A stretch of DNA of 64,000 bases from an uncultured Chloroflexia bacterium (GTDB taxonomy: Bacteria; Chloroflexota; Limnocylindria; Limnocylindrales; CSP1-4): the NCBI GenBank assembly GCA_963833225.1, contig CAWHXD010000019.1, forward strand, positions 224,001 to 288,000, written 5' to 3'. Of the stretch, positions 62,225 through 64,000 are shown one piece after another; position 1 is the first letter of the stretch; each line of letters starts with the position of its first letter. The notes below the pieces were generated by a model. That model searched no databases. It saw nothing but the letters and a program-made list of their open reading frames with translations, and was not told the DNA's origin. Position numbers and translations under genes: made by a program.

Positions 62225-62757
62225 GCGCCGTCCGCCTTGACCGCTGGACCGTCACGTCGGGGAGCAACGTCAACAGCCGGGCCGCGGTCGTGATCCGCGG
62301 CGCCGACCACGACTGGAAGGCGTCCGCCGAGGGCAACGGGCCGGTTGACGCGCTGTACCGGGCCGTGGACCGGGCGCTCGCCGACGTCCTGGGCGGCGAC
62401 CACCCGCAGCTGCTTGCCTACGATGTCCACGCGCTTGCGGAGGGTCCCGCCGCCGAGGGCCGGGTCACGGTGGTCATCGGGCCGCCCGCAACCGCTGCCG
62501 CCGAACGGACGGCGGGCCGCTTCACGGGCGAGGTGACCGGGACCAACACGATCGCCGCCTCCGTGGAGGCGTATCTCCAGGCGGTCAACGAGATGCTCGG
62601 ATCGGACGCGTGGTCCGGCGTGACCGAGTCCGCCGCCGAGGCGGCGGCGGCCCGCCGGGCACGGCGCCGGGGCGGTGAATCGCCAGCCGGCGACGTGGCG
62701 GCCGAGTTCGACGACGACGCCAGGCCCATCGACACGACGGAGTGGTTCAACCGGTAA
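62221..62757 (+). CDS. Stand-alone LeuA/CimA allosteric (regulatory) domain protein
   Basis: EGNGPVDALYRAV, YDVHAL, TNTIAASVEAY parallel the C-terminal domains of the adjacent LeuA and CimA. Confidence 0.8.
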   Translation: MSAVRLDRWTVTSGSNVNSRAAVVIRGADHDWKASAEGNGPVDALYRAVDRALADVLGGDHPQLLAYDVHALAEGPAAEGRVTVVIGPPATAAAERTAGRFTGEVTGTNTIAASVEAYLQAVNEMLGSDAWSGVTESAAEAAAARRARRRGGESPAGDVAAEFDDDARPIDTTEWFNR

Positions 62758-63611
62758 CGGGCGGGGACCCGATCTCGTCGGCCCCCGCCCTGGCCCCCGC
62801 CATCGACGCCGAGGCGTTCAACGCGTTCGAGGCGGCCGGCTGGGAGGAGCGCGCGGGCTCGTACGGCTTCCTGTCGCCGATGACCCGGCGGGTTGGTGGC
62901 ACCGTGCTGGCGGCGGCAATGGTCACCGAGGGCACGGAGGTCCTCGACGTCGGGTCGGGCCCTGGCGACCTGGCGGCGGAAGCGGCCGAGCTGGGCGCGG
63001 ACACCGTGGGCATCGACGTCGCGCCCTCGATGGTCCGACGGGCGGCGCTCGCCAACCCGTCGATCCCGTTCCGCGTCGGCTCATTCGAGGCGATCCCCGC
63101 CGGCGAAGGCGCCTTCGACGCGGTGGTGGGCAACTTCGTGTTCAACCACGTGGGACGGCCCGACGTGGCGCTTGGCGAGGCGCGCCGTGTCCTGCGCCCG
63201 GGTGGCTGGCTGGCGCTGTCCTCGTGGGAGGAGCCACGGCGCAACCGGCTGCTCGGGCTGCTCGTGGACGCGGCCGACACCGCCGGTGCGCCGCCCCCGG
63301 CCGGTCTGCCGCCGGGGCCGACCAACTTCCGGACGGACGACGAGCTGCGGTCGCTGTTCGAGGCCGCCGGGTTCGTCGACGTCGGCATCAGCCACATCCT
63401 GTTCGAGGCGGCCGTCCCTGACGCCGACACCCTGTGGCACGGGGTCATCGACTCCGCGGTGCGCGTGCGGCCGCTGGTGACCGGGCAGCCGCTCGACGTC
63501 CAGGCGGCCATCCGGGCCCGGTTCGATGACCTGGCCGGCGTCCATCGGCGCGCCGACGGGACGCTCGCGATCCCGGTTGCGGTCCAGGTCACGCGCGGCC
63601 GCCGCCCGTGA
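62742..63611 (+). CDS. Class I SAM-dependent methyltransferase
   Basis: VLDVGSGPG, FDAVV, RVLRPGG; start uncertain. Confidence 0.85.
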   Translation: MVQPVTGGDPISSAPALAPAIDAEAFNAFEAAGWEERAGSYGFLSPMTRRVGGTVLAAAMVTEGTEVLDVGSGPGDLAAEAAELGADTVGIDVAPSMVRRAALANPSIPFRVGSFEAIPAGEGAFDAVVGNFVFNHVGRPDVALGEARRVLRPGGWLALSSWEEPRRNRLLGLLVDAADTAGAPPPAGLPPGPTNFRTDDELRSLFEAAGFVDVGISHILFEAAVPDADTLWHGVIDSAVRVRPLVTGQPLDVQAAIRARFDDLAGVHRRADGTLAIPVAVQVTRGRRP

Positions 63612-64000
63612 GCGATCCTGTGTCCATGCCGATGCGCGTCGCGTACACGGGGGAGCCGGGAGCCTTCGCCGAGGAGGCCGTGCTGCGGTTCTTCGCGTCG
63701 CCCGCGGCCGTGCCCCTGTCCTCGTTCCGGGCCGTGTTCGAAGCCGTGCGCTCCGGGTCCGCCGCGGCCGGGGTGGTGCCCGTCGAGTCGTCGCTGCTGG
63801 GGACCATCCGGGAGAACCTCGATCTGCTCTGGGAGTTCGACCTGCCGATCGTGGGCGAGGTCAGCGTGCCGGTCCGGCTCGCGCTGCTGGCGCGGCCCGG
63901 GGAGACGCTCGAGACCATCACCCGTGTCTACTCCATCACCGCGGCGCTCGCCCAGGCCGACGAGTTCCTGCGGTCCCGGCCGTGGACCGTCCAGACCTCG
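63608..64000 (+). CDS. pheA: Prephenate dehydratase, N-terminal part (runs off the window edge)
   Basis: Manual translation: RVAYTGEPGAFAEEA...VFEAV...GVVPVESSLLGTI...IVGEV...ALAQ. Confidence 0.85.
   Translation, partial: MSDPVSMPMRVAYTGEPGAFAEEAVLRFFASPAAVPLSSFRAVFEAVRSGSAAAGVVPVESSLLGTIRENLDLLWEFDLPIVGEVSVPVRLALLARPGETLETITRVYSITAALAQADEFLRSRPWTVQTS

Overview
Very GC-rich bacterial chromosome segment. Gene style suggests a Chloroflexota/Actinobacteria-like soil or sediment lineage; this is inference, as no rRNA or marker gene is present. Most genes are housekeeping: coxB/ctaG, ferredoxin, proC and proline dehydrogenase, korAB flanked by CBS proteins, dapB-dapA-dapD-lysA, copA, fabD-fabF-fabF, an ECF sigma/anti-sigma pair, and a large branched-chain amino-acid cluster (ilvD, leuCD, ilvBNC, leuA, leuB, cimA) ending in pheA. 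The main novelty is a candidate peptide-signalling / c-di-GMP module lying between leuC and ilvB: a membrane-sensor GAF-GGDEF-EAL protein, a DUF5317-like membrane protein carrying signal-peptidase-II-like aspartate motifs, a c-di-GMP-I riboswitch, and a 29-aa signal-peptide-like ORF ending GAGMRWY. Two more small ORFs elsewhere in the window have the same architecture and both end in DGAKRW. Other points: a probable Lys-Lys-Lys leader-peptide attenuator before the dap/lysA operon, a long Leu/Val/Ile leader attenuator before ilvB, an anti-sigma factor with a SecD-like extracellular domain, and several frameshifts that look like assembly errors. No CRISPR, tRNA, rRNA or transposase was seen.
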